Assembly (NCBI RefSeq): GCF_037042905.1 | Contig: NC_087247.1 | Span: forward strand, 27,838,001-27,902,000 | Reading direction: 5' to 3' | From: Lytechinus pictus | Lineage: Eukaryota | DNA: 64,000 nt | In this document: positions 13,201 through 28,200 of the stretch, in pieces | How the letters are laid out: each line of letters starts with the position of its first letter | Position numbering within the stretch: the first letter of the stretch is position 1 | Position numbers and translations under genes: made by a program | Notes under the pieces: generated by a model | Databases searched by the model: none | What the model was told of the DNA's origin: nothing | Seen by the model: the letters and a program-made list of their open reading frames with translations, nothing else

Positions 13201-16200
13201 CCAACAATAGGTAGGAATCACAGGGTGCCACAGGTACTTGTTTGAGAGCTTTCCTTCCAGGAATAGATAGGTTAATGTTCACAATGTCATCTCTACTCCT
13301 TTGAAAATCGACGATGTACCTGTAACTGATCAATGGCCTCTGCTTTACTTGGACGATCAACTCCTGAGCACAATGGTGGCTTTCCCTCCAGTTCTGGGAT
13401 GGTAGACCGGATCTTTTGTTTTCCAGACACTAGTTGCATTGTCTCTTCCATGAGTGTTCTCACATAATCTATGAAAAAAAATATATCAATTTCAAATGTA
13501 TTTAGTATCTAAAAGTCACAAGAAAAAAAAAAAAAAAAAATCAAAATTACATGTAAGTAAAGAAAAATAAGCAAGAAGCACTTGCTTCTCTTCTATTATA
13601 TGCAATGTGAAAATGAAACAAATACAGAAAATACAAAACCTTGTGAAAATCTGCTTAATAATAAAAAAATAAAAAAATCTTATAATCGCATTACATTGCC
13701 ACCATGACATGCACTGGCATATCATTCAGGAGGCAAATGAATAAACACACGCATGGCAAGTATTTCTAACAATGCAGATCTCTATGTGAACTGTCTTTAG
13801 GATACTTCTTCATAATTTATTGATTTTATTACCTTACAAAATATCAATCACCTAGAGTACAGACGACAAAATTCATAAGTACATACACATTAACATAAGA
13901 CCCCCTATTTTCTAACAATTATTTTACAGGGGAAGGGAGGTTGAAATATACTCACTGAATGTGCAAGCTGTCAACACTTTGGAAACTGTGTGGCCGCCTT
14001 CTTTGGCTTTGGGGTAATTGATACGGTACATAGGTGTCCCATCTGCCTTAGTTGCATGACTTCGACCAGCATTCTCATTCCAGTGCAAGGCGGCAAGATG
14101 TAATCTACAAATAATCAGAGTACAAAGAAAAAAATAAAATAATAACTGTAATCGATTTTAGTACAAGATGTTCTCTACCACGATATCACTATTGGGCTTT
14201 ATACATGTACAGTACATGTAGACATATCATGACTAATATGTAAAAACTTTAATCTATTTTATTAAAACTATGACAAAGCTTTTCTTCAAGAATATGATGA
14301 AGAATAATATAGAAATCTTTGTAATGAGGTTGAGGGCCATTTACTTTCAATCACCGCTTCGGTCAAGCACGTATTTCCACACTCATTCAACCCAAAAATC
14401 AACTACATAGACTTGCAATTTTTTTTACCTGCACTTCATCCCGGCATATGAGTAGGCCAGCATCTTAGGACACCAATAGAGCATCACACTATGAAAGGCC
14501 TCGACTGAACTGGTCTGGTCAACAGGAGACATTTTCTTCATGTCATTCAACAGTCTGGTTTTTGATAGTTCCTCAGACAACTTTTCAAACGGTTTCGTAC
14601 CTGTGAATTTAAAAAATAAAACAGGAGTTAGGCGAGGCGTCAAAACCCCAAATGCGTTCCAACGCGTGCATAGCCATTGTTCCATAATGAGAGTGTGCAA
14701 AGGAGTTCCAAGAGATTAGTACGAAGTACCGTTATATTCTACATTAAAGCTAATTTGCATAATCCGTACACGCTGGGGAACGGGGCAATTATTATCTCGA
14801 TCGCTATTGGCTAATCCGCCGGAGCGTCGCACGAGAATACACTGAATAGTGCAGGTTCACATACACACACACACACACAGCGCGCCAGCGTACACTTCAC
14901 ATAAATTGAGGTCAGTGTTCGGCGTGCACGTCGGATCAACATTTGCAGCGAAGCTTTGCAGCGCGTGAGGTGCGGGCGGATCTACGAGAGGGGGAATATA
15001 GGCGAGCGGCGAGAGGCCAAAATTTGGGACTTTAATCCCCCCGACTGGATCAAAGCAAAAACATGCATCATTTTGAAGGAAATTTTCAGAATTTTTTAGA
15101 ACTGAGAATTAAAAGTGTCGCACAGTGTAGCTTCACCATGGAAACCAGCCTTGAATAGGCCACGCCCATTTTTGTGATAAATGCAAAGCAGTAACTTATC
15201 ATTTATATTTGTTAATTAATTACACTAATTTATATATGAATATAGACTTTACGAGGATAAAATCACTACAGATTGAATGATATGATAACGGCTAGCAACC
15301 AAATATATATTTCATCTATATTTGATTTCAAAACTGTTGCCTAGCAACATTTTTTCCCTAGCAACCATATTCATTTTTCAATATTCTCTTATTTTTTGAC
15401 CAGATTAATTCATTTTATCATTTTTTTTTAGTTTTTAATTTGTAAAAACTAATGAAGAAGGTGAATTTTGATGAAAAAGGGATAAAAGAGGATAACTAGG
15501 ATGTATAATGCATTAATGATCATGAAAAATTACATTATTGCCATGTTTGATTAACCCCTGCATGTGACGGATATCACTAATATGTTTGTGTGTATTTACG
15601 ACTATATCGGCATCATTTTATGGATTTTATAATATTGTTATAAATCATTCTTAGATACCCTGCTGTGTCACGTTATCTGTTCTAATCTAAATAATAGAGT
15701 ACTTCATAGATTTTTCCGTTACCTATGGAAACCATTGTGTTGCCTAGCAACAGCATTTTCTCTAGCAACCATCACTTTTTGGTGATATTTCAAGCCTGTA
15801 ACCTCCCAAAAAATTCCCTTTTTTGTCCTCAAAATGCATCTTATATTATTCTAAGCATTTATGACAATTAGTTTCACCCATCTGGTCAGGCAGTCGGCAT
15901 ATTGAGAGAGGGCATGGCTGTATGCAGACATTTTTTTCCTTGGGGTGGCAAAACGATTAAAAAAATTCCAAGAAACAAAGCGAGGGAGCGAAGCTACTGA
16001 GTTTGGCAAGGGGCGCTTTTTCAGTAAATTGAAGGATATCTTGCACACTTTTGGTGAATTTTGTGAAAATTTTCAGTTTAAAAATGTAACCTTTCACAGC
16101 ATACGGCAATGGGAGAGGAAATGGGTAGTTTGTTATTTGGAACTTTTTATCGTACATGTTAGGAAGGGAAATACATATCCAAGACCATTCAATAAGTTTT

Positions 16201-19200
16201 AAAGTGTCTGCAATGGGAAAACAAAATTATTTATCAGTATGGCAAATATAATTACTAAACTGTAGTGATTGTGAACTCAAAAGCTAATTACTTTTGGGGG
16301 TACCTACTAAAATGTGTAAATCACAATGCTCTATCAAAGTTTTTATCTGCAATTCTGGCATTTTTCCTGTGTTGCAAGGTTCCCCCCCCCTTTTTTTTTT
16401 ATCATACCAATGCATGGGCAATGGGACAGTTAACACAATAGACTACTTGCAGACCTTCAAGCTGTATTGCTGGTTTATCTGCACAACCTGGTGAAAAAAA
16501 GCTTTCCAATGATCACCTGCCCTGATTTAAACACAGATCAAGAGATCTTCAGTATGTCGTAAATCTATCAAGTAGACAACAAAAATTACTCTAATCTGAG
16601 CCTGTTGCTCACTAAAACCGGTTAGTCCCTATACATTCTTTATGGGCATTACTGATTTCAGCAGTTAATTAGCAGGTCAAATATCTGTTTAAGTAGAATT
16701 AATTAGGAGTAGGCCTCTCATCAAGCTAACGGGCAAAGTCCTAACCATTGAAGTTATGAGTATTTATTTAAGTTCTTTCTATAAACCTCCTAACCAATCT
16801 TCCTCCCTTCCCCGAAAAGCCATCTCCGATCGAGGAAATGTAATTATTGGGGATTTAAACAGTTACAGCATTATCTGGGGGTATGGATAAACCAATGAAA
16901 TGGAAAACTTGAGGAGAACTGGTCAGATGCAAATCAGATTGCATCACCGAACAAAATGTGAGAAGGTTGTGCTTGACCCTCTCCCGCACACTCAACATCG
17001 ACCGATTGGGCTGAAGGTGAATGCAGACATCACTCCACGCACAGTTCCCTTTCACAGACGTTTCACCCTGAAGAAAGCAATCTGGGAGCAGTTTGTCATA
17101 TATCCGAATACCTACCCACAGGATCTTCCAGCACTCCGTACTCATTACGACACATTTGGAAAGCTGTTGAAGAAATCATCACATAAAAATATTCCACGAG
17201 GAGGCCGTATACAAACTATTCTCCTGGCTTGACGGATGACGAAGCTGCTGTACAATAAAATTTTCAGGAGCTTTGAGAATTACCCCTTTGGTGCCGATAC
17301 ACTTGAATGTGGGGGGAAATAGACAACTGCCATTATGGATAGTAACAAAATAAAGTGACAGTGATTTAACAAATCAATGGATATGACTCACTACAGCAGA
17401 AAAGCCAGGAAAACAATTCGGATCATTGAAAACGACTATGCGACTATATCTCAAACTATACCCCTAGTGACCACCGACCAAGTGACCCACTATCTTCTTG
17501 TGTACAGTCATGGTCACCCTATTTATTGCCCGCGAAGGGCCAACCTCCCTAAAAGAGCAGAGACAGCGTCCCAACTGAAGAGTCATTTGAAAACACAAGA
17601 CAATTCAGCATGAACGTCTTGTCTGCTTGTGCTATGCTATTATAATGAAGAGCAACAAGGAACCTGGATTAGATGTCCTCTGTGAGCAGATCACACTTCT
17701 TGGACCTGTTGCAGCCCAATGGCTGCTGACATATTAATCGACTGTTTGCATGAAAAAAATATGGCAAGAGGAAATTGAGGGTAGTTGCCTAACTCGAGCT
17801 AGGCAAAGACCCAATCAGCCCAAGGAGTTACAGAACCATCTCTCTACTCTGTCACACACACAATCCCTTTGAAAGGCTCCTGCTTAACCGCATTGCTCCC
17901 TTTGTGACTGAGTTCCTCATTCAAGTAGGCAAGATTCAGGCCAGGAAAGTCCTTTACTTATCAAGTACTGAATCTGACTCAGTACATCAGATGGTTTGAG
18001 GAAGGTCTGAAAACTGGAGCAGCCTTTGTTGACTTCTCTGCAGCTTATGAACCAGTTAATCATAGGGTAGGCCTACTTACGAGGAAAGTCATTGTGATGA
18101 CAAAGGACGTCAAGTTGACAAGGCTAATTCAGAACATGCCCCCAAACCGGTTGTTTGTGAATCTCAGTGGTTCCAGCAGCAAATGGTGGAGGCAGAAAAA
18201 TGGTCCCCCACAAAGAATTGTCCTTGTCCAAATACACAAACGACCAACTAATCCACCCAAACACCAAGAGCTACCTATGCTGATGAACTGTGCATTGCCT
18301 CATAAAAGCAGAAGAGGTGGAAAAACATTCAGTGATGCTCTGGCATATCTGACTCTTTACTATCCAGAGAAAATCCAACTTAGCGTCTTCCACCTTAACA
18401 ATAGAGATGCAGACCGGAAACTGCTGGTCAGATGGTGTTGAAACTTGAAAGTGAATGAAACATGCCAGCAAGCCTGCCTACCTTGACGTCACTATTGCGT
18501 ACAAAGAACATATTGCCGAGACAAAGGCAAAAGCTGGAGAAAGGAACAACATCAAAAAGAGGCTTGCTAACACGATATGGGGAACAGATGCCAAACCATC
18601 CGTTCAAAAGCTCTGCTGTACGCTTCAAGTTTAACCCAATCCTCAATGCTGCTTGCAGAGCAATTTCCGACTGTCCGCTACCAAAAGAGAAGATGATCTT
18701 TACCTAGTGTGTGGCACAGTCCCCCACACATAGAGGTATCAGAATGGGTGGAAAAACAAGCAAAGAAAAATATGTCCTTCTTCCACTCTTTAACTATGAA
18801 CCTGCCAAAAAGAGACTCGAATCCTTCACTTCACTTGACTGAATCCCTTGATGGCTATGCACACAGTCAAAGGATCCCCCTATAATGGTCAAACCACCTC
18901 CAGTCTATGACGCAAAAGCTTTCCATGTGACCTAGCGAATCACGCCCCCGGGTTCAAGTGACGAATGGTCATCCTGACTATGTCTTAATCGCCTATGGTC
19001 TGGATCAGGAAGGTGCAAGTCCTTAATATGCAGTTCGGGGCTACAGCAGGGATGCAGACACTATCTACGACTGAGGGGAAGATCAGACAGTGCATCACCT
19101 TTTGGTTTGCACCCCCCCCCCCCACCAGAGCCGTGCGCTTCCAAAGATCTGGGGCCCGTTTCATAAAGAGTTACAACTGTTGTAACTTTGCCATTATGGC

Positions 19201-22200
19201 AACTACCATGGCAACCTTGATTCTGATTGGCTGATGAGCCCTGTTACCATGGTAGTTGCCATAATGGCAAAGTTCCAACAGTTGCAAGTCCTTTATGAAA
19301 CGGACCCCTGGAGTCGTTCAACCCAAAAGCCAGATCTTGCATGAACCCTCTACTACACAGGACTTGTGTAGTGACCCGAGAAGATGGGCACAGAGCAAAT
19401 ATTGCCCTTTAAAACCATGCAGTATACTATGACCAAAGAGAGCCTAGGTGTGCAGGAGTTTGTCTCTCCAAAAGGTGGCTTTTTAAGGGGGTATGTAGAT
19501 ATGGGGTAAGATTGTTAGCATCGAATGTCTTTGCTCATTCACTGGCAAATTGTAATTTTCACCTTAAAACACTAACAATCAGAATATAGGCACCTTTTCA
19601 GCAAAGTTTTAGCCTAACCGACAACCCCATCAGGAACCAATTAAGTCCCTGCTCCCTCCCCCATCAAACAACCCTTGAGCAAATAATCATTTTTCCCCAA
19701 ATGTCAGATTACCATAAATAGGTGTCTTCTACCAGTAAGATAATTAATGACAAACTTCTTCTTAGGTCACTACAGATGTCGTGTCCTGTTAATGGTACAA
19801 GAATTACATGATATTTTCCTGTGAAAAGACTCTCGTGCAGTGGCAAAGGCAGTGGCAGTTCATAGCTCTGGTAGGAGGGAGCAGACACAAAAGTTTTGTA
19901 TCCTATGATCATCCTTACAGTTACAGGTAGTTTCTCCTGCCCTATTGTAGCCCCATAGGCGATTCAAACGAGATCAGGTAGGCCATTCTTCACTTGGACC
20001 TGGATAGTGATGTACTAAGTCCATAGGTGAGATTGTGCATCACAGACTGGAGATTGTTAGACCAGAGGGTGACGCTTTCATGCGTGCAGAGTCATCAAGG
20101 GATTCTGTTGAGCGGAGAAAACTGTGTCTAGATTTGAGTCTCTTGGCAGGTTCATGGTTGACGAGTGGAATACTATGTTCTTGATTTTTTTTTCTTTCAT
20201 CTGTGCTGATGACTTCTCTTCTGACGTACGGTGGGGCAATAATACAGAGTAGGTAAAGATTACCCACTTCTGTTAGTCGCAAACAGCCAGTGATGGCTCT
20301 GCAAGCTCCATTCAAGACTTGGGGTCAATATAGCAGCAAGGGCTGCATACTCAGCAGTGGAGAAGCATAGAGCAAGAGCTGTGGTACAGATAGATTTGGC
20401 ATCTGTCAATTCCCAATCTGTCTCCCAGCTTCTTCAGAATGATATTCCTTGCTCCAAATTTTGCATTTGTTTTGGCAGCATGTTCTTTCTATGAAAAAAG
20501 GTCTAGAATGACGCCAAGGTAGGTTGGCTTTTTACCACCTGACCCTCAGGTTTTGATCTGCTCTCTGTTTTTAAGGTGGAATACACTCTTATTGGGGGGT
20601 CTTTTTGGAGATGATTTATAGGACAGTAAGGAGTTAGACTTGCCAGATCATCACTGAGTTCGTTTTGGCACACTGATGATTGATTATTACTTTAGAGATT
20701 ATTGCACAGTTCAATGTTTTCCCACTCCATTCAAGCAGCGATACAAAATTATGGCTGTAATTTAGATGTTCCAGCCTTATTATATGAACAAATCATCATT
20801 ACAAATACAGATTAGTATGTTTTAGCAATACTGTAGGGGTATCATCCCAATTACATCAGTTTTAGATATATTCTCAGACATATTTCTTATACCATGGATG
20901 TCTTTAAAGATTTACATTACTTGATACTTGATGTAGTGATCCCTTTGGCAGCTCATACAGAAGCTATACTGGGATGATGAATAAAGTGAGCCACTGGAAG
21001 GAGCATCATGAAGTGCAGAAATGGTGATGGATAGACATAGCAATTTTTTATATGTACAGTTAAACATGCTATGCTGAGTGCAAGTAAAAACCAAGCTTTT
21101 GAATTTAAATCATTTGGGATCCAACAGGGGGCTGCATCATTCTGATGGCAGGGAGAGCAGCCTCCTTGAAACTGGGCATTCCTTTGGTGTTGGCAGCTGA
21201 GCTGGGTAGGTTGTTCCAGTTCCTTATCGTTCTTGGATAGAACGAGAACTTGAAGGGGTCGATTGTGGCTTCAGGTATGATGTACTTCAAGTTGTGATCA
21301 TGTCTTGTATAAAATGTTGCTGGGGTGACGATAAGTGGAAGAGTTATGAAGACATGATGGTAGTGGATTTTGTGAAAGAGGGAACATTGGGCAAGGATTC
21401 GGCGTGTGTGTAGTGCATCCAATTCCAATGACGTCACAAGAGATGAAGGTGATGTGGAAATCCTGTAGTCCGAGTACACGAAGCGAGCCGCTGATCTTTG
21501 TACTTGCTCAAGCAGGATTCCAGGCCTCACAGCCATATACTAGTTGGGGGCGCACTAAGGATGTGTAGGCACTCGACTTCACATCTCTTGTACAAGAGGA
21601 AAGAGTCCAAGAGTACGACTTGCTTTCTGCCGGACGAATTGGCAATGCTTGTTCCATCGCAGATCAGAAGAAACTGTAACACCCAAGTAATTGTAGTTGC
21701 TAGCTCTAGGGATTACACTATTTGTCAGATGATACTGCTGGATGTTGGGAGTGCATTTGCGTGATCTAAATCTCCATGGAACGAACAGTAGCGTTAGTGT
21801 AAGCCCGACAATAGTGGCATGTGTACCTGTTTTTCCCGAAGCTTTTCTCGAAGCTTTGTCGATGTCCTTTACATGTGTATGCATGTTGAGAGGAATCCTT
21901 TTCTTTCAGACATCTTTTCTTAAACTGAGTATTTAAGGCATCAGTTTTTAACATCCGGAGTCACTGACACTATCGCTGTAGCAGAAAATACCTGAAGGAC
22001 AACATCAAAGACCACTTAAGCTGATATGCCTCCTCTCCATATTTAGGGACTTTTCTTGTATGCCCCTCCCTTGTTGTCTCAATAGATGTGTGCAAACATC
22101 ATGCCATATTACATAATGACACTTATATAGACATAGAAAACATCTCCCAATTTAGTAAGCCTTTCTATCTTTCATGGTTTTCTTGGCCTTTTCTTGGCCT

Positions 22201-25200
22201 AATCAGGAATGATAGCTCAGTCGATAGAGCGGGGGTTTCGGATTCCGGTGACCTTGATTTGATTCCCACTTGGTACATTAGTGCTCTTTTGTAAGGCGCA
22301 TCCTCATTACCATGTTACCAGGTTTTGGAGAGGACATTAAGCTGTCGGTCCTCTGGGTTGTTTGCTTACAAGCATTCATGCTTTCTTAGTAATCAGGTAA
22401 ACAACCATCATATTAAGTCTTAAGATCCCAGGTTTTCATACTTTCATCCCTCTGATTTCTTGAGTTATCAAATTGAAAGTGACATGAAAAGTTCCCTGTG
22501 ATTTAACTTCTGACACTTTAATAGTATTAAAGTTTCAACAGAAACTTGTCGAACTCACAACTTTGGCATCTTTGGGCTACAGCCTCCACCCAGACACAAC
22601 CTTGGAAGTTGGACATGCATGGGTGATTAGGTATTATTTGACAAAACAGATCCATTTGTTAACCATTCCATATTCACTCGAGGAAAGTGATCTGAATATG
22701 CAGCCAAAAGCCTCTGCCAATGACTTAATGGAGTATAGGACGTCCCTGAAATTGAAAAAAAATATCTGTACAAGCCTTAGGTGAAGACCCACTTTATGAT
22801 CAAATCAGGGACTGTGCCTGAAGAGTAGTGTTGTCCATTCTAATATATCATCAATGCTATACCTACTGTAGCACACTAAAAAAATGTTATGTACCCAGCT
22901 ATGAATCCTCCAAACCATATTATTCTCTTTTTATCTTCAACATTTAAATTTCTCTTTAAAGCTGCTCTTTTATGTATGATAAGTTTAAATGCCATGCTCA
23001 TCGCACTGTTTAGAATTGGTAGACAAGCAATATACAAACAAGGATAAATGATTTTTTTTAGAAATAAGAGAAATGAAGTGGTGTCCTTTAATTTACCATT
23101 GCCAGTATGCATGTAGGTATATTATTGAAAGGGATGGTCCAGGCTGGATAATCTCTATATCTCAACTAATAGAGTAAAATTCACAAAGCAAAATGGTGAA
23201 AATTTGATCAAAATCGGATAAGAAATAACAAGTTATTAAATTTTAAAGATTTGCATTATTCCGGTGAAACAGTTTTATGTATATCTTTATGAATATTCAT
23301 TAGGTGGGCTGATGATGTCATATCCCCACTTCTTCTTTTGTAATTTATTATATGAAATTAGGTTTATTCAAAATTGTTCTACCAAGAACTAAAACAATTG
23401 GATTGACAACTGATTAAGTACATTAGTTATTATTGCCGCAAATTATTTCATCATAATGCAGACACATCATTTACGCATGTATGAAATAATGAAACATTTA
23501 GGATTTCATGTATTAATATAAGAAAAAGGAAAGTGGGGATGTGACATCATCAGCCCACCTAATGAATATTCATGACGATGTGCATATAACTGTTTTAAAA
23601 AATATTGATAAACTCTAAAATTCAATAACTTTGTTATTTGTTATCCGATTTTTAAGAAATTTTCAGCATTTAGCTTTGTGAATTTTACCCTATTTATTTA
23701 AATAGAAATATTTTCAGCCTGGACCATCCCTTTAACAAATAGTACTGCACACTTAAAAGTGGATTATTTTCCTCAAGATTTTTAAGGGGAAAAATACATC
23801 GTTGCTAAGGTAAATAGTGTTGCTAGGCAATGGAACTGTGTCAGTAGATAATGGTACAACTCCGGAATGCTGTTTGCCTATCGATAACAAACTATCATGT
23901 TAATTTTCTCAATATTTTTACTCTAAGGCACAACTTCCTCAGCACATTTGGCCGAGAGGAAGAGTGGTAACATAGCCGTTGCTAGGGAATATTGTTTCTA
24001 GGCAACACCTTTGTCTCCAAGGAAGCTATAAAATAGTCAGTTTGTTGAATGATTATTGAAAACGAGGTTGTAGGCATCTATATGATAATTGTGTCAGTAT
24101 TATTGCTCATAATGGACTATTTTTCCACAGATTTGTCCAGGGAAAAGAGTGTTAACATAGTCGTTGCTATGGAAAATAGTCGTTGCTAGGCAATGAATTG
24201 GTATCCATAGGTAATATGAAATGGTCATTTTGTTGTTGTTCTATTGAAGACAAGATACTACATGTTAATTGATCAGGTATTATTAACTCAATCAACTTTG
24301 TCACCACAAAATATAAAGTATGTGACTTGTACATACATGTTTCAATGCACGCAGTCAAAATGAACATAATATGGCGATTTGTACAATGTGAAGGGGTATG
24401 TCAGTTAGAGCTTAGCAAATTTATTTGAGGTTCGCAATGGTTAAAATGGGGGTTTTCAGTTCTTTTTATTATTTTTCAATGATACTTCATAGAATTTCAT
24501 TGGTGTAATTTATTTGGTTTAATTTAACCTAGTTAAAAAGTTGAAAGTTAGGTTTGAAATGGAAAAATAAGTGGTTTACTTAAGGAGCTAAATGGTTGCT
24601 AAGGAAATTTTTGTTGCTAGGCAACAGTTTCTGAGAAAATGTTCATAAAATTCATGCTAAGTTGTTTTTCAGTAATTCTTCTTACAATATATAGTGGATC
24701 TATCCTTTGAAAATAAGAAAAAATACCTGATAATTCAAATTAATGAGTAAAAAATCAATATTCACAAGAAATATTCAATAAGTATTTAAAATGGGCGTGG
24801 CTTATTCAAGGCTGGTTTCCATGGTGATGCTACACATTACACCATTTTTAATGCCCAATTCCGAAAAATTCAGAAAATTTCCTTTAAATTGATGTATGAT
24901 TTTGCTTTGATCCAGCCGGGGGGATTAAAGTCAAGAAATAAGGCACTTTTTGGCTTCTGGCCGCTCACCTAATAGGGGTTGCCTGGGGCTAGCTTCCTGT
25001 ACAAAGTAGGCCCTACCAATTAAAAAAAAAAAATCCGTGTTTACGAGAGTCGCGCAAGCAAAACGGTGGCGGATTAGGACATGCTTTTAAATTGTTTTGA
25101 GGGGCGAACGAGTGAAAATATATTTTGTATACCTTTCGTTATGAACTCCCGTTCTCCATGACGAAATATAATTGACGAAAGGAAAGTAAAACAGAAAAGA

Positions 25201-28200
25201 AGTCACAAACATCTCAGAATAGTTTGCGATCTATCAGGACATGTTTTAAAATTGATTTTAGGTATCAACAAGTTAAAATATATTTGATATACCTTTCGTT
25301 GTGATCCCTTGTTCTCCGTTAAGAAATATTAAATACGTCTTTTCTCGACGATGTTGGAAACGTAAATAAAACAGAATAGAAGTCACAAACATCTCAGATG
25401 GGTGTGCGATCTATCACAACATGTTTTAAAGCTGTTTTTAGGGGTCAACAAGTTAAAATAGATTTGATATACCTTCCATTATTATCCCCTGTTCTCCGTA
25501 AAGAAATATTAAAGATGCATTTTCTCGACAAAGTTGGAAACGTCGATAAAACAAAATAGAAGTTGGTAGCATCTCATATTTATTGGTGATACATATTTTT
25601 CGAGGGGTCAACAAGTTAAAATATATTTGATATACCTTTCGTTGTGATCCCTTGTTCTCCGTTAAGAAATATTAAATACGTCTTTTCTCGACGATGTTGG
25701 AAACGTAAATAAAACAGAATAGAAGTCACAAACATCTCAGATGGGTGTGCGATCTATCACAACATGTTTTAAAGCTGTTTTTAGGGGTCAACAAGTTAAA
25801 ATAGATTTGATATACCTTCCGTTATTATCCCCTGTTCTCCGTAAAGAAATATTAAAGATGCATTTTCTCGACAAAGTTGGAAACGTCGATAAAACAAAAT
25901 CGAAGTTGGTAGCATCTCATATTTATTGGTGATACATATTTTTCGAGGGGTCAACAAGTTAAAATATATTTGATATACCTTTCGTTTTGATCCCTTGTTG
26001 TCCGTTAAAAATATCAAATACGTCTTTTCTCGACGATGTTGGAAACGTAGATAAAACAAAATAGAAGTCACAAACATCTCAGATGGGTGTGCGATCTATC
26101 AGGACATGTTTTAAAATTGTTTTTAGGTGTCAACAAGTTAAAATAGATTTGATATACCTTTCGTTATGATCCCTTGTTCTCCGTTAAGAAATATTAAATA
26201 CGTCTTTTCTCGACGATGTTGGAAACGTAGATAAAACAAAATAGAAGTCACAAACATCTCAAATTGGTGTGCGATCATTCAGGACATGTTTTAAAATTGT
26301 TTTTAGGTGTCAACAAGTTAAATTATATTTGATATACCTTTCGTTGTGATCCCTTGTTCTCCGTTAAGAGATATTAAATGCGTCTTTTCTCGACGATGTT
26401 GGAAACGTAGATGAAACAAAATAGAAGCCACAAACATCTCAGATGGGTGTGCGATCTATCAGGACATGTTTTAAAATTGTTTTTAGGTGTCAACAAGTTA
26501 AATTATATTTGATATACCTTTCGTTGTGATCCCTTGTTCTCCGTTAAGAGATATTAAATGCGTCTTTTCTCGACGATGTTGGAAACGTAGATAAAACAAA
26601 ATAGAAGTCACAAACATCTCAGATGGGTGTGCGATCTATCAGGACATGTTTTAAAATTGTTTTTAGGGGTCAACAAGTTAAAATAGAGTTGATATACCTT
26701 TCGTTATGATCCCCTGTTATCCGTTAAGAAATATTAAAGATGCATTTTCTCGACAAAGTTGGAAACGTAGATAAAACAAAATAAAAGTCACAAACATCTC
26801 AGATGGGTGTGCGATCTATCAGGACATGTTTTAAAATTGTTTTTAGGTGTCAACAAGTTAAATTATATTTGATATACCTTTCGTTGTGATCCCTTGTTCT
26901 CCGTTAAGAGATATTAAATGCGTCTTTTCTTGACGATGTTGGAAACGTAAATAAAACAGAATAGAAGTAAAAAACATCTCAAATTGGTGTGCGATCATTC
27001 AGGACATGTTTTAAAATTGTTTTTAGGTGTCAACAAGTTAAATTATATTTGATATACCTTTCGTTGTGATCCCTTGTTCTCCGTTAAGAGATATTAAATG
27101 CGTCTTTTCTCGACGATGTTGGAAACGTAGATGAAACAAAATAGAAGCCACAAACATCTCAGATGGGTGTGCGATCTATCAGGACATGTTTTAAAATTGT
27201 TTTTAGGTGTCAACAAGTTAAATTATATTTGATATACCTTTCGTTGTGATCCCTTGTTCTCCGTTAAGAGATATTAAATGCGTCTTTTCTCGACGATGTT
27301 GGAAACGTAGATAAAACAAAATAGAAGTCACAAACATCTCAGATGGGTGTGCGATCTATCAGGACATGTTTTAAAATTGTTTTTAGGGGTCAACAAGTTA
27401 AAATAGAGTTGATATACCTTTCGTTATGATCCCCTGTTATCCGTTAAGAAATATTAAAGATGCATTTTCTCGACAAAGTTGGAAACGTAGATAAAACAAA
27501 ATAAAAGTCACAAACATCTCAGATGGGTGTGCGATCTATCAGGACATGTTTTAAAATTGTTTTTAGGTGTCAACAAGTTAAATTATATTTGATATACCTT
27601 TCGTTGTGATCCCTTGTTCTCCGTTAAGAGATATTAAATGCGTCTTTTCTTGACGATGTTGGAAACGTAAATAAAACAGAATAGAAGTAAAAAACATCTC
27701 AAATTGGTGTGCGATCATTCAGGACATGTTTTAAAATTGTTTTTAGGTGTCAACAAGTTAAATTATATTTGATATACCTTTCGTTGTGATCCCTTGTTCT
27801 CCGTTAAGAGATATTAAATGCGTCTTTTCTCGACGATGTTGGAAACGTAGATGAAACAAAATAGAAGTCACAAACATCTTAGATGGGTGTGCGATCTATC
27901 AGGACATGTTTTAAAATTGTTTTTAGGTGTCAACAAGTTAAATTATATTTGATATACCTTTCGTTGTGATCCCTTGTTCTCCGTTAAGAGATATTAAATG
28001 CGTCTTTTCTCGACGATGTTGGAAACGTAGATAAAACAAAATAGAAGTCACAAACATCTCAGATGGGTGTGCGATCTATCAGGACATGTTTTAAAATTGT
28101 TTTTAGGGGTCAACAAGTTAAAATAGAGTTGATATACCTTTCGTTATGATCCCCTGTTATCCGTTAAGAAATATTAAAGATGCATTTTCTCGACAAAGTT

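Larger units (their letters stand above)
14999..24971. mobile_element. Academ-like non-autonomous DNA transposon, about 10 kb
   Basis: TAG...CTA termini, ATA TSD (14996-14998, 24972-24974), imperfect TIR of about 180 bp or more (e.g. caccatggaaaccagccttgaata vs its complement near 24803-24826), subterminal GTTGCTAGGCAAC-type motifs. Confidence 0.75.

Noticed and set aside
22205-22275. tRNA gene
   Set aside because: Degenerate B box, no convincing cloverleaf, continues into a SINE-like body.
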